A stretch of 64,000 nucleotides of DNA from positions 18,637,196 through 18,701,195 of the forward strand of contig NC_069000.1 in NCBI RefSeq assembly GCF_001194135.2. The letters run 5' to 3'. A program made the position numbers and the translations under genes. Source of the DNA: Octopus bimaculoides. Lineage: Eukaryota. Positions 24,445 to 37,540 of the stretch are shown here, one piece after another; position 1 is the stretch's first letter; the number at the start of each line of letters is the position of its first letter. Under the pieces are notes generated by a model that was given only the letters and a program-made list of their open reading frames with translations, made no database searches and was not told the origin of the DNA.

Positions 24445-25004
24445 TTAAACAATGTAGCCTGACACACCTTCAAAAAGATGGAATTGTCATGACTGGAAAG
24501 CCTTTGATTGTTGGTTTGGGTTAACTGGGGCTAAACAACAATGATAACAGCTACATATGAACCATAAACTAACTAGAACTATAAAACAACTCAACAATCT
24601 TCTCATGTTTTCATGTTTAAACATTTAAGCCTTTGGCATTTAAACTGACCATATCCAGACCAAATATTCTTTCTGTTTTATGTTTAAACTGACCAGATCT
24701 GGCTTCTCACACCTGCTTCATAATGTCATTCTAAAAAAATAAGCAATCACATCATTTTACTGAACCCCTAAGTTATGGGGATGTAAACACACCAGAATTA
24801 ATTGTCAAGTGATGGCGAGAGAACAATCACAGACACACACATAAATATATACATGTGGTGAAGCAATATTTGCTGAGCCCTAAATTTTAAATTGTGTTTA
24901 TATATTTACTGATAATGGTTTTTAACACACCGAACTACTTGGTTAAATTACTAATTATTAATTAATTATTAATTTTTACCCTATGTCTGTATGAGTTTAT
25001 ATAT

Positions 25005-25009
<5 letters not shown>

Positions 25010-25055
<46 letters not shown>

Positions 25056-25410
25056 GTTTAACGTCTGCTTTCCATGCTAGCATGGGTTGGACGATTTGAC
25101 TGAGGACTAGTGAACCAGGTGGCTACACCAGACTCCAATCTGATCTGGCAGAGTTTCTACAGCTGGACGCCCTTCCTAACATCAATCACTCCGAGAGTGT
25201 AGTGGGTGCTTTTACGTGCCACCGGCACGAAGGCCAGTCAGATGGTACTGGCAACGGCCACGCTTGAAATGGTGTATTTTACGTGCCATCTGCACAGAAG
25301 CCAGTCCAGGGGCACTGGCAACGATCTCACTCGAATGTCTTTTCACTTGCCACCGGCACAAGTGCCAGGAAGGTGACGCTGGGCACAGGTGCCTATACAT
25401 ACTAGACAAC
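25010..25410 (-). mobile_element. RTE-tailed SINE, young copy
   Basis: (CAT)n-CGTTTAACGTC..TTTCCATGCTAGCATGGGTTGGACG core; closely similar inverted copy at 28750-28945. Confidence 0.8.
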
Positions 25411-26143
25411 CCATGACCTGTTGGGTCACTGGGAAACTCTGAGATTCCTAGCAACAGAGTTTTGTTTCGTGGTTTTCTTTTTCTTTTCCAGGTTATTTCA
25501 CATGCTTTCAACGAATGTGACATTGAAATCACGTGTAAATGGCTCCTTTCCCCAGAAAAGGAAAGATTTGGCTGCTATTTTTTGCATGCCCTGCTACCAT
25601 GTAACAGGTATTTTGGGTCCTTTATTGTGAATAGCTGTTACGTGGTAGCTGGGCGTGCTAGAAATAGCAGCCAAATCTTTGGAAGTGAGATAAATTGAAT
25701 GCACACTATTTCACACTGAAGTTATGAATAGGTCTTTTACGAAATATTTACCATATTTTTTAAGTCATTTTCACTTTAGAATATTTTTTAAATATGCCAA
25801 AAAAATTTTTGCAAAGGTATTCACTTGAAAATAATTAAAAAAAACATTAAAATATTGTCTGTTTAAAGAAAGTAAAATATAAATACTTACTGTACAAACA
25901 ACTTACATTTTTTAAATCACATTCACTTAAAAATATTTCTAAATGATTAAAATATTGTGTTTAACAAAAGCAAAATAGAAACATTTACTGTAAAAAAAAA
26001 AATCGTACATTTTCATTGTCAACTCACTGTGTCTAATAGAAAGNNNNNNNNNNNNNNNNNNNNNNNNNNNNNNNNNNNNNNNNNNNNNNNNNNNNNNNNN
26101 NNNNNNNNNNNNNNNNNNNNNNNNNNNNNNNNNNNNNNNNNNN

Positions 26144-26176
<33 letters not shown>

Positions 26177-26808
26177 CAGGCTTCTTTCAGTTTCCATCTA
26201 CCAAATCTACTCACATGATTTCAGTTGGCCTGACACTTGCCCAAGTTGCCACACAGTGGAACTGAACCTGGAACCATGTGGTTGAGAAGCAAGCTTCTTA
26301 CCACATAATTACACATATTTTTGTAATTATGTCAGCAAGTATTGGTTTTATAATTGCCCCATCAGTGAAGTCATCATAAATTTCATTGTACTTGCCACAA
26401 TAGTGAAATGAGATTTAAAAAGTAGATTTATGAGGATGTATACGAATGACATAGAGAATTAGAATTGTTTAAAGGATAAATTACTATAGGATGTTATCTA
26501 CATTTCCTCACCACTTAACTACTTCTAATTACTTTTTAGATGCTCCTTGTTTCAAGTATGTTGACATTAACTTAACTATTGTTTTCTAACGAGGAGAGCA
26601 ATTTTGCATAATCATTTAATATGGAATTTTCTTTTCCATTCCTTTATTAAATAAAAGACACAAGTTGGGCATGTCATACTGTTTGAAAATGAAGGCAAAG
26701 AATGGATGTGGATATGTCTCATTTTTATGAGTCAGCAGAGTCTATAGTGAAAAGCCTTATGGGAGGATTTGGTGAACGGAAACTGAAAGAGACCCGTCAT
26801 ATGTATAT

Positions 26809-26851
<43 letters not shown>

Positions 26852-27989
26852 TGGGAGTATGTGTAAAGGTAAGATCCAAGGATCAAGTTGTAAGAAGATA
26901 GTACACTTCTAGCAGTCTGTAGAAGGTCTAAAAAACAACTTTCAGGAACAGTAGTAGTTTATTGACGTAGAAGGTTGTAATTTTTTCCTGAATTGAAGTT
27001 TGATAAGCTGAAAAAATTGTTTTATAGCTTCTGGTTAGCAGCAGGGTTTGCTGCCTTTGTAAGTTAACATGGAATTCCTTGATGACTATGTTAACTTCTT
27101 TTGATTAAGGTATCTTTGGCCCAATGAGTAGCTAGTGGATTACCCCTTGTTTGGATAATTACTACTTCTGAGGTTCTGCTAGCTATGAAACATATGTAGC
27201 CTGGATTTTATCTATTCCATTCCCTAATTTTGGATATATATATATATATATATATTCTTTTACTCTTTTACTTGTTCCAGTCATTAGACTGTGGCCATGT
27301 TGGGGCATCGCCTTGAAGAACTTTTAGTTGAATGAATTGACCCCAATACTTTGGTATCGGTTGTCAAGCAGTTGTGGGGAACAAGCACACACACACATAT
27401 GACAGGCTTCTTTCAGTTTCCCTTAACCAAATCCACACACATGGTTTTGGTTGGCCCAATGCTATAGTTGAAGACACTTACCTAAGGTGTCATACAGTGG
27501 GACTGAGCCCAGGACCATGTGGTTGGGAAGCAAGCTTCTTGCCACACAGTCACTCCTGCACCTATATATATATATATATATATATATATCAAGGGTTGAA
27601 CAGACAGAACACAACAAGGAAAAAGTTACATGAAAGCGCAAATAGGAAACTAGATGAAAACTTAACAGACGGGATGAATAGACAAAGACACGATACATGA
27701 AATATTCACAGCTGAGTTTTCCTCGTCAGTCAATGAGCTAAAATATTATCATGGTATTTGTGCATGTGTATGCATGTAAGCATGTAATTTTGTCTCCTTG
27801 TAACATTGAGTGATAGTTGTATGGTGTCCTTCATTTCCAATTTTCCATGAAAACATGTCTAGTCATGGAGAAATATTACCTTACTTGGAAAGAGTTAAGG
27901 GTCAGTCCCAGTAAGTATTTTGTGTGGTGTACTAACAATTCTGCCAGCTTGCTGCTGGTTCCTGATTTAGGTACAAGGGCAGCAGTTTT

Positions 27990-28570
27990 GACTGGATGGG
28001 TTTACTCAATATCATTGACTCCTGTACTTGACTGGTGACTGATACTTTATTTTATCAATTCTGAAAGGATGAAGGCAAAGTTGACTATAGCAAGATTTGA
28101 AATTGGAATATAAGGAGTCAGAACAATACCATAAAACATTTATTCTGATTTTCTAACAATTCTTCTGGCTCAGCACCCTAATAATGATGTTTCAAATTTT
28201 GGTTGAAGGCTAGCAATTTTAGGTGGTGGTAAGTTGATTACATCAACCCCGACCAGTGCTCAACTTATTTTATCAACCATGAAAGGAAGAAAGGCAAAGT
28301 CAACCTTGGCAGAATTTGAAGAGCCAGACAAAATGCTGTCAAGTAATAATAATAATCATTATTTCTACTATAGACACAAGGCCTGAAATTTTTTGGGAGG
28401 GGGCTAGTTGATTACATCAACCCTAGCAATTGATTGGTGCTTTATTTTATCTAAAGGATAAAAGGTATAGTTCACCCCAGCAGGATTTGAACTCAGAATG
28501 TAAGGAGCCAGACGAAATACTGCAAAAAAATGATCTAACAGTTTTGCCATTTTGCTGCCATTAATAATAA
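27990..28570 (-). mobile_element. Cluster of three head-to-tail copies of a third SINE family
   Basis: Repeated blocks of GATTACATCAACCC..ACTTATTTTATC..GAAAGGATGAA.GGCAAAGT..GATTTGAACTCAG; opposite-strand copies at about 14790-14975, 53400-53575 and 62590-62920. Confidence 0.65.
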
Positions 28571-28749
28571 TGATATTGTCCTAGGTGTACTATGCTTCAA
28601 TAAAAGATGTGATGGGCACATACATTTGATCTCTGCCGCATGAATATGCGACCTGGGTTAAACACCTCTGTATGACTACCACGGCTACCATCACCCCACC
28701 TCCACTCCCTCCATTATTTTTGTTGTTGTTATTATTATTATTATTATTA

Positions 28750-28945
28750 CGTGCGGGTGACACGTAAAAGCACCCACTACACTCTCTGAGTGGTTGGCGT
28801 TAGGAAGGGCATCCAGCTGTAGAAACTCTGCCAAATTAGATTGGAGCCTGGTGTAGCCATCCGGTTGCACCAGTCCTCAGTCAAATCGTCCAACCCATGC
28901 TAGCATGGAAAGCGGACGTTAAACGATGACGATGATGATGATGAT
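28750..28945 (+). mobile_element. RTE-tailed SINE, young copy
   Basis: Reverse complement of about 25035-25225 with few differences; (GAT)n tail. Confidence 0.8.
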
Positions 28946-29132
28946 GATTATTATTATTATTATTATTACAAAAGCATACTCATGCCGACATCAGATATGA
29001 GGCAATGATTTACAAAATTTGTAATATAAGATCAAGGGTTATGTATCTAGTTTTTATCAAATCTCATGTAAACTACTGGAGAAATATATATTTGATTCCC
29101 AGATATTTTAAATTACATATATATATGCACGT

Positions 29133-29168
<36 letters not shown>

Positions 29169-32048
29169 TGTATTCAATTTTACCTCCTTATTTCACCTGC
29201 CACTGAAATATATCTCTCAAGTACTACTTCTTAGAAGTGTTATTCTTTTTTTCCCTTTTATTTAGATATCTGAGTAGCTGAATAATCTCTGTCTGTATAT
29301 TTGTCACACTCTTTCCCCCCCCCCCCCCCCACACTATGTAGTTGTTGGTTATGGCTAGTCAGAAAGTTACCCCTCAATTGCTTCCCTATCAGTCCATTTT
29401 GTTCTATATGGAAATGAAGCTTTAGTCATCTCTAGAGGCACAAATGGGCACACCCTAGATATGCTTAGGGAAGATGTAATTCACACACTTAGTTCCCTTG
29501 ATCTTAAGATTACCATTAAGACAAATGTTACCATAGTTAACTCTTTAGATGATACTGCGAATCCCCATTATTACAGTGAGGCTTTGACAGCCAGCAGATT
29601 TAAGGACCACATCCCCTTTATGCCAGGGCCTAACACTCATAAAAGAAAGTGCCACTGTGAAGTCATTTGTCTGGTCCCCAAAATTGATAATTACATAATA
29701 TACACACCAGGTCTCCTTGAAATATCTTACCCCTACCACAGACAAAAATAGAAGTTATTAAAAAAATATTTCGTATGTGTATTTCGTGTGCAAGATTCTC
29801 GATGTAGATACGTGTGTTGAAAGAAATACAATTAAACCTTGGGAGAGGCATTATGCCGGTAATAAACACACGCAAAATAAATGGAAGTGGAGAGACAAGT
29901 TACTGAAGAGATTGCAAGAGTGCAATGAAATAATTTAACAAAAAACTATATAAATTAATAAAGGACTGAACCAGTGCGTGTGTTTATTACCGACATACTG
30001 CCTCTCCCAAGGTTTAATTGTATTAAAAAAATGTTTGATGTATTTTGCATAAAGTTCAGTAAAGAAGTCATTCTAAGACAGAAAAATGGCAGAAATTGGA
30101 GATTTTGGCACTAAATATCAAAATAAAGCCATAGAAAATGTGGAAACTTGTGATGGCCTGCATTGGCAAAAATTAAAGTACAAGACACAAAGTGGAATAG
30201 TTATCTGCTGTGAGGAAGAGATTTCTAACATTTGCGGAAAGATGAAATGTTTGAACTGATGTGTCTATATATGCATGGACTGTATGCCTGTGCATGCACA
30301 CAAACACATGCACACACACATACACACACGCATGCACGCACGTTTACATCTTATCAAAACCACCATAATCATCATTTTCTATGCTAGCATGGATTAATCA
30401 GAACTGTTTGAGGCTGTGTGTACACGTGTGTATGTATATGTGTGTGTGTGTGTGTGTGTCTATGTATATGTGTGAGTATATATGTGTGTATGTATGTATA
30501 TGTGTATATATGTATATATTTATGTCTGTCTGCCTGCCTGTCTCTCTTTCTCTATCTATTTANNNNNNNNNNTGTATATGTGTGAGTATATATGTGTGTA
30601 TGTATGTATATGTGTATATATGTATATATTTATGTCTGTCTGCCTGCCTGTCTCTCTTTCTCTATCTATTTATCCGAGTGTGTGTGTGTGTTTCTATCCC
30701 TCTATTGTACTTCACCTGCTCGTCAACTGGCACAAAACCACCTCCACCAATACTATTCCCCTTCTCAGTTGAGGAATCTTTCTCTTGCAAGTTATTTGGT
30801 GACCTTGTAAGTGCTTGTGCCATGTAAAAAACACTCAGTACACCCTGTAAAGTGGTTGGTGCTAGGAAGGACACCCAGCCTTAGAGACCATGCTAAAGCA
30901 GACAGCAGAGCTTGGCACAGTTCTCTGGCTTGTGATCTTACCAAACTGTCTAACCCATGTTGGCACAGAAAATGGACATTAAATGTTGTGATGACGATGA
31001 TGATGGTGATAGTAATAATGATGACGATGAAAGTAATTTGGATGTTCCGATTGACTTGTTCTTGTTTATTCCTGTCCTTTTTTGTATCGTCTAACTGTCC
31101 GAATGTTTTGTCGTCACCTATTACGTTCTTGTTCCATTTTTCGTTTTGTTTATATCTCCCCCTCCTGTTTTTTCTTCACTTATCTTAACTCCAATTTTTT
31201 TCCTCTCTCCTTCACAGTTCTCTGTCTCTCACTCTCTCTCCCTCACTCTTCTTTCCTTGCTCACGTGGATCCCATGTGACCATTGGCTATCTTTCTTCTC
31301 CTAACTTGTGTTTCTTTCTTTCTCTCCATTGTAGCTGGATAGACATGTTTTTGTCTGTCTCCTGTCCAAGCTTCATTTACGTGTTCGCCACCACAACCTC
31401 GTTTAGGCTCAGCAGCCCTTCCTGTTTGTTTTCACTGTCCTGTTTGTGTTACCAATTTTGACCCTCCACAAAATCCCAAATTTTATTTAATTTGCTTTGC
31501 GGGAGCCAACTGTTTTATCGAAAGCATATCATGTTGTTAAATGCTCAAAATACAAGAGTAAAAAAACAGCCAACAACTGATGAAGGGTCGTTTTTTTGTG
31601 TTGTTTGTCTTGTTTTCCATTTCTGTTTTTCACTGTTCAAAAAAATAGTTCATACTCCATGTACTTGTACTTCGTATTTTTGTTGTACACGTTTTGTGAT
31701 GTCCTGTGCTCACATATGCATATATATATATATATATATATANNNNNNNNNNNNNNNNNNNNNNNNNNNNNNNNNNNNNNNNNNNNNNNNNNNNNNNNNN
31801 NNNNNNNNNNNNNNNNNNNNNNNNNNNNNNNNNNNNNNNNNNNNNNNNNNNNNNNNNNNNNNNNNNNNNNNNNNNNNNNNNNNNNNGAAGATGTGCCAAA
31901 AAGCCTCATTGGTACTTGGAAACTTTTACGAAAATTAAAATGGGGATTAAATGAAAAAAATGATTTACGTGAATATCCTCACAAGAGTAATTGAAATATA
32001 TGGCGATTGTGGAACCCCCCCACGCATGCATGCACGCATGCGCGCATA

Positions 32049-32285
32049 CACACGTGTGTCTTTGTAAATATGTTTGTATACATTTATGTATGTGTGTGTT
32101 TGTAAGAGACAGAGTGTGAGTGAGAGAGAGAGGTTTGTTGTCATGTATACGTACATGCATAAATATGCATACATCTTTGGATGTATGCATATGACAACAC
32201 ACCCCTTGACTCACTCACACTCTGTCTCTTACAAACACACACATACATAAATGTATACAAACATATTTACAAAGACACACGTGTG
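32049..32285. repeat. 76-bp perfect inverted repeat (32049-32124 and 32210-32285) with a nested hairpin in the spacer
   Basis: The arms match by eye; the spacer contains TATGCATACATC...GATGTATGCATA. Confidence 0.88.
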
Positions 32286-32869
32286 CATGCACGCGCACGT
32301 GTGAGAGTGAAGCTTTTTGCCGTTGTAACGTCAATACCGGAAGTTGACATTGAGGAACCTTTTTAAAGAAGTGAATCTTAAATATAAAGCAATATTATTC
32401 ATTTTTAATTAAAAAAATCAAATGAAGAGCCTAACATTTATCCGAGGTCAAATTATTCATGCATCACAAGTATGGAAGCATTTGGTGAAGTCGATTTCAC
32501 ACGAAAAGCAATTACACACACATCTCTGTTTTATATATAGTATAGATATAGATGATGTCAGTATAACCATACCAAGTTCATTCCTACAAAAGTCACTTTT
32601 CTTATTGTTTACAATTACTTACATTCCATGGAGCGTTTCACTTTTTACATCTGTTAGCACACTAATCACTCATTTCCTAAGTTACTTTTATTTTTTTCTT
32701 TAACTTACATTTGTAAACGAATTTTATTAGGACATTTAAATAGAAAGAAACAAGAAAGATGAGAGATAAGAGAGGAAAAGAACGAAAAGGAAAATAAATG
32801 TGGGTGGGGGTAAAGCATTGGGAGATGGAGAGGAAGGCGGTAATGGGCCACATATCCCAGAACAAATGG

Positions 32870-33235
32870 TGTGTTCAGCCACACCCTGCTGTAATGACCA
32901 CAAGGGCATTGCCATGGAGAATGGCCAGTGACACTCGCTGCTACAGCCACTCCACCTTGCGGAGCTCATTTCTCTGATGGGTCACCATTATCCCTATCTT
33001 GCAGAGGAAATCAGTAATATGGGGTCTGAGAACATCTGACATATCAACGGCAACTGGTACAAATAAATAGCAGCTGGTCAGGCCACTGTATTTATTGATT
33101 TTTCTCTCCTCCATGCTATGGTTAGTGGCACCCAGGTTTGCAGTTGATGCTACGAGGTTGGAGGTGGTGAATGTGTCACTACATGTCACAGAACATGACA
33201 GATCTAAAGAGTTTGTGTCTCGAGTCTGAGATTAG
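32870..33235 (-). mobile_element. CRE-like (RLE endonuclease) non-LTR retrotransposon 3' fragment
   Basis: VTCSDTFTTSNL....GATNHSMEERKINKYSGLTSCYLFVPVAVD...WL*QRVSLAILHGNA resembles the D.TC.DT...K..KY..L...F.P.AVE...QR.S.A...GNA RLE tail. Confidence 0.75.
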
Positions 33236-33725
33236 ATAGAAAAAAAAGAGATGCTAATTCAAGTGACTTTCTGAAGTTTAAGTTGTTTTTGATATTCTTG
33301 TTGTTGTTTTCTATAATAACATGGGTTGAATGAATCTGCAAATTCCTGTAGCTGCACAAATTGCTGTTGTTGTTGTTGTTAGTGGTGGTGGTAGTAGGAA
33401 TGAGAGAAGTGGTGTGTTTTAAAAACAGCAACTCTATTATAATGAGGTGCAGTTTTAGGCTAAGTGGAACCTTCGGGTGGGGTGGGGGGATCTACTCAAG
33501 AGCAGTGACACTCTTGTCATTTATCTGCCATAGATTATTATTACTTCTTTCACTCATGAATAAAGTTAGCTGAGAGACATTGATAGATAACCCATACACA
33601 CACATTCCCACACACATACACACACAGCGACTGATACATATTCATAGTTGCTCACACACTTAACTGAAAAGTAAAATACTTTGATGTTTACAACAATGTA
33701 ACACCAGAGCTGATCTTATAACTAC

Positions 33726-33810
<85 letters not shown>

Positions 33811-34344
33811 TTCACATAACAGATATATACATAATCCGATAATTGTACACATATTCTTACACATGCACAACCTCATAAACCTACAAATACACACATGTGC
33901 ACACACTAACATATGTGTGTGTGTGTGTGTGTGTGTAATTTTACTGATAGTTCTACAAAAGGAAGGAGAAAAGAAGTACAGAGAGTGGGTGTATGTAAGA
34001 TAAAGGATAGATGGATTGCTAGGCAATAGAAGAGACCTTCTCTTAGTGTCTCAGTTATGACATTATCAAGACAATAACACTTAAGAAATGTCAAGAGTTT
34101 GGCAACAGGACAAAGGTTACAGAGGGTGGTGGTGTTCTGGTGAGTGTCATTTAAATTCAGTTCCTTAAAACCCGTAAAGTTTGAAAGTTCAAAATTTTCA
34201 CATTCACATTAGAAATACCTGTGTGATGAAGTTAGAAAGATGAAGTCCCAGTTGAACATTGACAGTTGAGAAAGTTGTTTGTGTTTGTAATATTTTAGAG
34301 TATAGCTGCTTAGGTTAGGCTCTGGACAGTTTGTGTATGTATGC

Positions 34345-34413
<69 letters not shown>

Positions 34414-35254
34414 TTAACGTCCGTTTTCCATGGATTGGAATAGTTTGACAAAAGCCGGCCCGCTGAGGAACTGCCCAGCTGAAGTGCTGCCTCGCTGAAG
34501 AGCTGCCTGGGCTCCATGTCTGTTTTGGCATGGTTTCTACAGCTGGATGCCCTTCCTAACACCAGCTACTTTACAGAGTGTACCGGGTGCTTTTACACAG
34601 CACTGACAAGGATACTTCAACATAGCACTGCAAGATTAGGATCACTCAGCTGGAGAGGAATGCAGGGGACATGCCTGTAGGCAAGGACAACCATGATTTT
34701 ACTTAGCTTTACATGTCTTCTCAAGCACAGCAAACCACTGGAAGTCTCAGTCCCTTGTCATCCTCTCTGTGAGGCCCAACATCTGAAGATCCTGTTTCTC
34801 CATTTTGTCCTACATCTTCCTGGGTCTACTCTTTCCTCACAATCCCTCCACAACTAGAGATCAGCACTTCTTGATGCAGCTGTCTTCACACACACACACA
34901 CATGAAGGCACATGGCTTAGTGGTTAGCGAATTCGACTCACGATTGTAAGGTCATGAGCTCAATTTCTGGCAATGTATTGTGTCCTTGAACAAGATACTT
35001 TATTTCACATTGCTCCAGTCCACTCAGCTGGCAAAAAGGAGTAGTACTCGTATTTCAAAGGGCCAGCTTTGTCACACTCTGTGTCATGCTAAATCTCCCC
35101 GAGAAGTATGTTAAGAGTACACATGTCTGTGGAGTGCTCAGCTTTTTGCACGTTAATTTCACAAGCTGGCTGTTCCATTGATTGGATCAACTGGAACCCT
35201 CATTGTCGTAGCTGATGGAGTGCCAGTATCACTCACATTTCCTTGCCTTCTCTT

Positions 35255-35745
35255 CTTGCTAATTTTCCCTCGAGAGAACTCCTACCCCTGCTGACAACAA
35301 AGGGCCTCTCTCTCTCAGAGTGAAAGGCAGATTTTTTTTCCTGCCTGTGTGTGAACAGTTATGCAGTATGGCAATGAAACATGGACTATAACAGCCGAGG
35401 ACATGTGTAGACTTGAGAGAAATGAAGCCAGTATGCTTCACTGGATGTGCAACGTCAGTGTGTATGTTTGACAGAGTGTAAGCATTCTGAGAGAAAAGCT
35501 AGGCATAAGAGGAATCAGATGTGGTGTGCAAGAGAGACGACTGCACTGGTATGGTCATGTTATGGGTATGGACGAGGACAGTTGGGTAAAGAAGTGCCGA
35601 TCTCTAACTGTGGAGGGAACCTGTGGTAGAGGTAGACCCAAGAAGACATGGGATGGTGAAGCATGCCCTTCAAACTTTGAAACTCACAGAGGCAATGACT
35701 AGTGACCAAGACCTTTGGCAATGTGCTTTGCTTAAGAGGACTTGT
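35255..35745 (+). mobile_element. RTE LINE 3' coding end (degenerate)
   Basis: LPLLTTKGLSLRVKGR...YGNETW..TAEDMCRLERNEASMLHWMC...RRLHWYGHVMGMDEDSWVKKCRSLTVEGTCGRGRPKKTW. Confidence 0.85.
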
Positions 35746-35760
35746 CATGCCAAGTACACC

Positions 35761-35985
35761 CATAGGCTTCATGGAGGTGAGGTGGCTGAGTTCCTTTCGA
35801 GCATTGGGCCTCATGGGGGCAAAGTGGTCGAGCTCCTGGGCCTCATGGAGGCAAAGTGGCTGAGTTCCTTTTGAGTGTTGGGCCTTATGAAGGTGAGGTG
35901 GCTGAGTTCCTTTCAAGTGTTGGACCCCATGGAGGCAAAGTGGCTGCACTCCCTTTGACTGTTGGGCCTCATGGAGGCAATGACC
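35761..35985. repeat. Minisatellite of about 42 bp (CATGGAGGCAAAGTGGCTGAGTTCCTTT...TGGGCCT), about 5.3 units
   Basis: Direct alignment of successive units; one unit carries a deletion. Confidence 0.85.
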
Positions 35986-36354
35986 AAGACCTTTGGCATT
36001 ATGTCATGTTTAAGAAGAAGACCCATCAAGCTGAGCAAAATTGCTGTCGTAGCAGATATTGGTGTCATGCAAATGACACACATGCTGGTGGCACGTAAAA
36101 GCACTCATTACACTCATGGAATGGTTGGTGTTAGGAAGGGCATCCAGCTGCAGCTATAGAAAACCATGCCAAATCGGACTGGATCCTGGTGCAGCCTTCC
36201 AATGTACCAACCCACTCAAACCGTCCAACCCATGCCAGCATGGACAACAAACGATGGTGATGAGGATGACAATGATGAAGGTAAAGCAATCATCCAGGTA
36301 TCTTTACCAACTCTTTCTGAGTTGTGTATGGAATGTGTCAACAAATATTAGAAG

Positions 36355-37425
36355 AGATTAGTTGTTGATTTTTTGTTCACGAAATCCCATGATTAAGTTG
36401 GTGTATGTAGGGGATACTTTTATACCCATTGCTGTTCCTGATGTGTTTGGCAGTAATCTGAAACATTGAAAGTAAAAAAAGTTGTTTTCAAGTATGAATC
36501 TGAGCCCATTAATGATAAGTTCTTTTTCTATGCATGTTGGAAGTTCAGATTGGTGAGTGTCTAACTAGTATTTGATTGCAGTTATTCCATAATCATGGGG
36601 AATGTTAGTGTCTAAGTTGACAACATCGAATGAAGTAAAAGTTGTATGTCAGATGATCTAGCATGTATGCTCTAGGTCATCTCGCACGTAGCTCTGTATA
36701 TGTTTTAGGGAGGGTTTTAGGAGGATATCCAAGAAGTTACAGAATCTGTGTGTTTCACATGCCAGGCCTGCTATGGTTGGTCTCAATTTTAGATCATCTG
36801 GAGGTGTTAGCTGTATGTATTTGCTTGCTGAGGATTTACAGGCATCACTTATCCTTTTGCATTTGAAATAGTTATATAGTCAATTTCTTTGCTGGTTAAG
36901 CCTTTGTTATACTTCTTTAAAAGAGTTGTGAGATTTTCCATTATTTTTGATTCTTTGTAGTGGGTTGCTTTTTCAAAGTAGTTGTTGTCCTCTAGCATTG
37001 TGAGTGCTAGGTCTTTATAGTAATTTGTGTCCATGACAATGACAATGCTCCCTTTATTGACTTCTTTGACAATTGTATCTGTATCTTAGTGCAAGTCCAG
37101 TAGGTTCTTCCATTCATGCTTTGTAAAGTTTGATTTAATATTTTTGTGTTCAATTTTTGCAAAGGGGAAGTTCATAATGTATTCACAGTAGGCGCCTAGT
37201 GCTTTATTTAACCCTTTATTTGGGCAGAAGTTGCTTTTGTTGCTGGCTGGTGATTCGTCCTCATCATTTGATCATTAGAGTTGTTGGTGGAGTGTTCAAC
37301 CTGCCAGAGTTTTTGGCAGAATTCTGCAATGTCATTTTTCAGTTCAGGGAACTTTGGACATTGTGGTGTGGGTGTAAACTTCAGTCCTTTACTTAGAATT
37401 TCTATTTGGGTGTTAGTTAATATAT
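36355..37425 (-). mobile_element. Penelope-like element reverse transcriptase fragment (N-terminus to RT motif 4), pseudogenised
   Basis: ILSKGLKFTPTP, DKG..IVMDT..Y, LRP.IAG..CETHR...FLDILLKP, SYVRDD and TSGTAMGIKVSPTYTNLIMG are PLE RT hallmarks; contains stops and frameshifts. Confidence 0.85.
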
Positions 37426-37540
37426 ATATATATATATATGACAAGAAATAATATTTGTCTCCTTTTATGGAAACAAAAGGATTTATAGGACTGCAAAAAA
37501 GAAGTGCTCAAGTGTAAATGAGACAAAGATAAAGAAACAT

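Noticed and set aside
25815-26015. Two-unit AT-rich tandem of about 100 bp
   Set aside because: Highly diverged, next to a gap, with no features suggesting function.
27165-27215. GAAACATATGTA as a hammerhead
   Set aside because: No CUGANGA core (only CTGAGG) and no stem I partner.
30470-30670. Exact duplication of about 95 bp on both sides of a 10-N gap
   Set aside because: Most likely an unmerged contig overlap (assembly artefact).
35761-35985. CRISPR-like array
   Set aside because: Units are contiguous degenerate tandem repeats with no unique spacers, the context is eukaryotic, and no cas genes are present.
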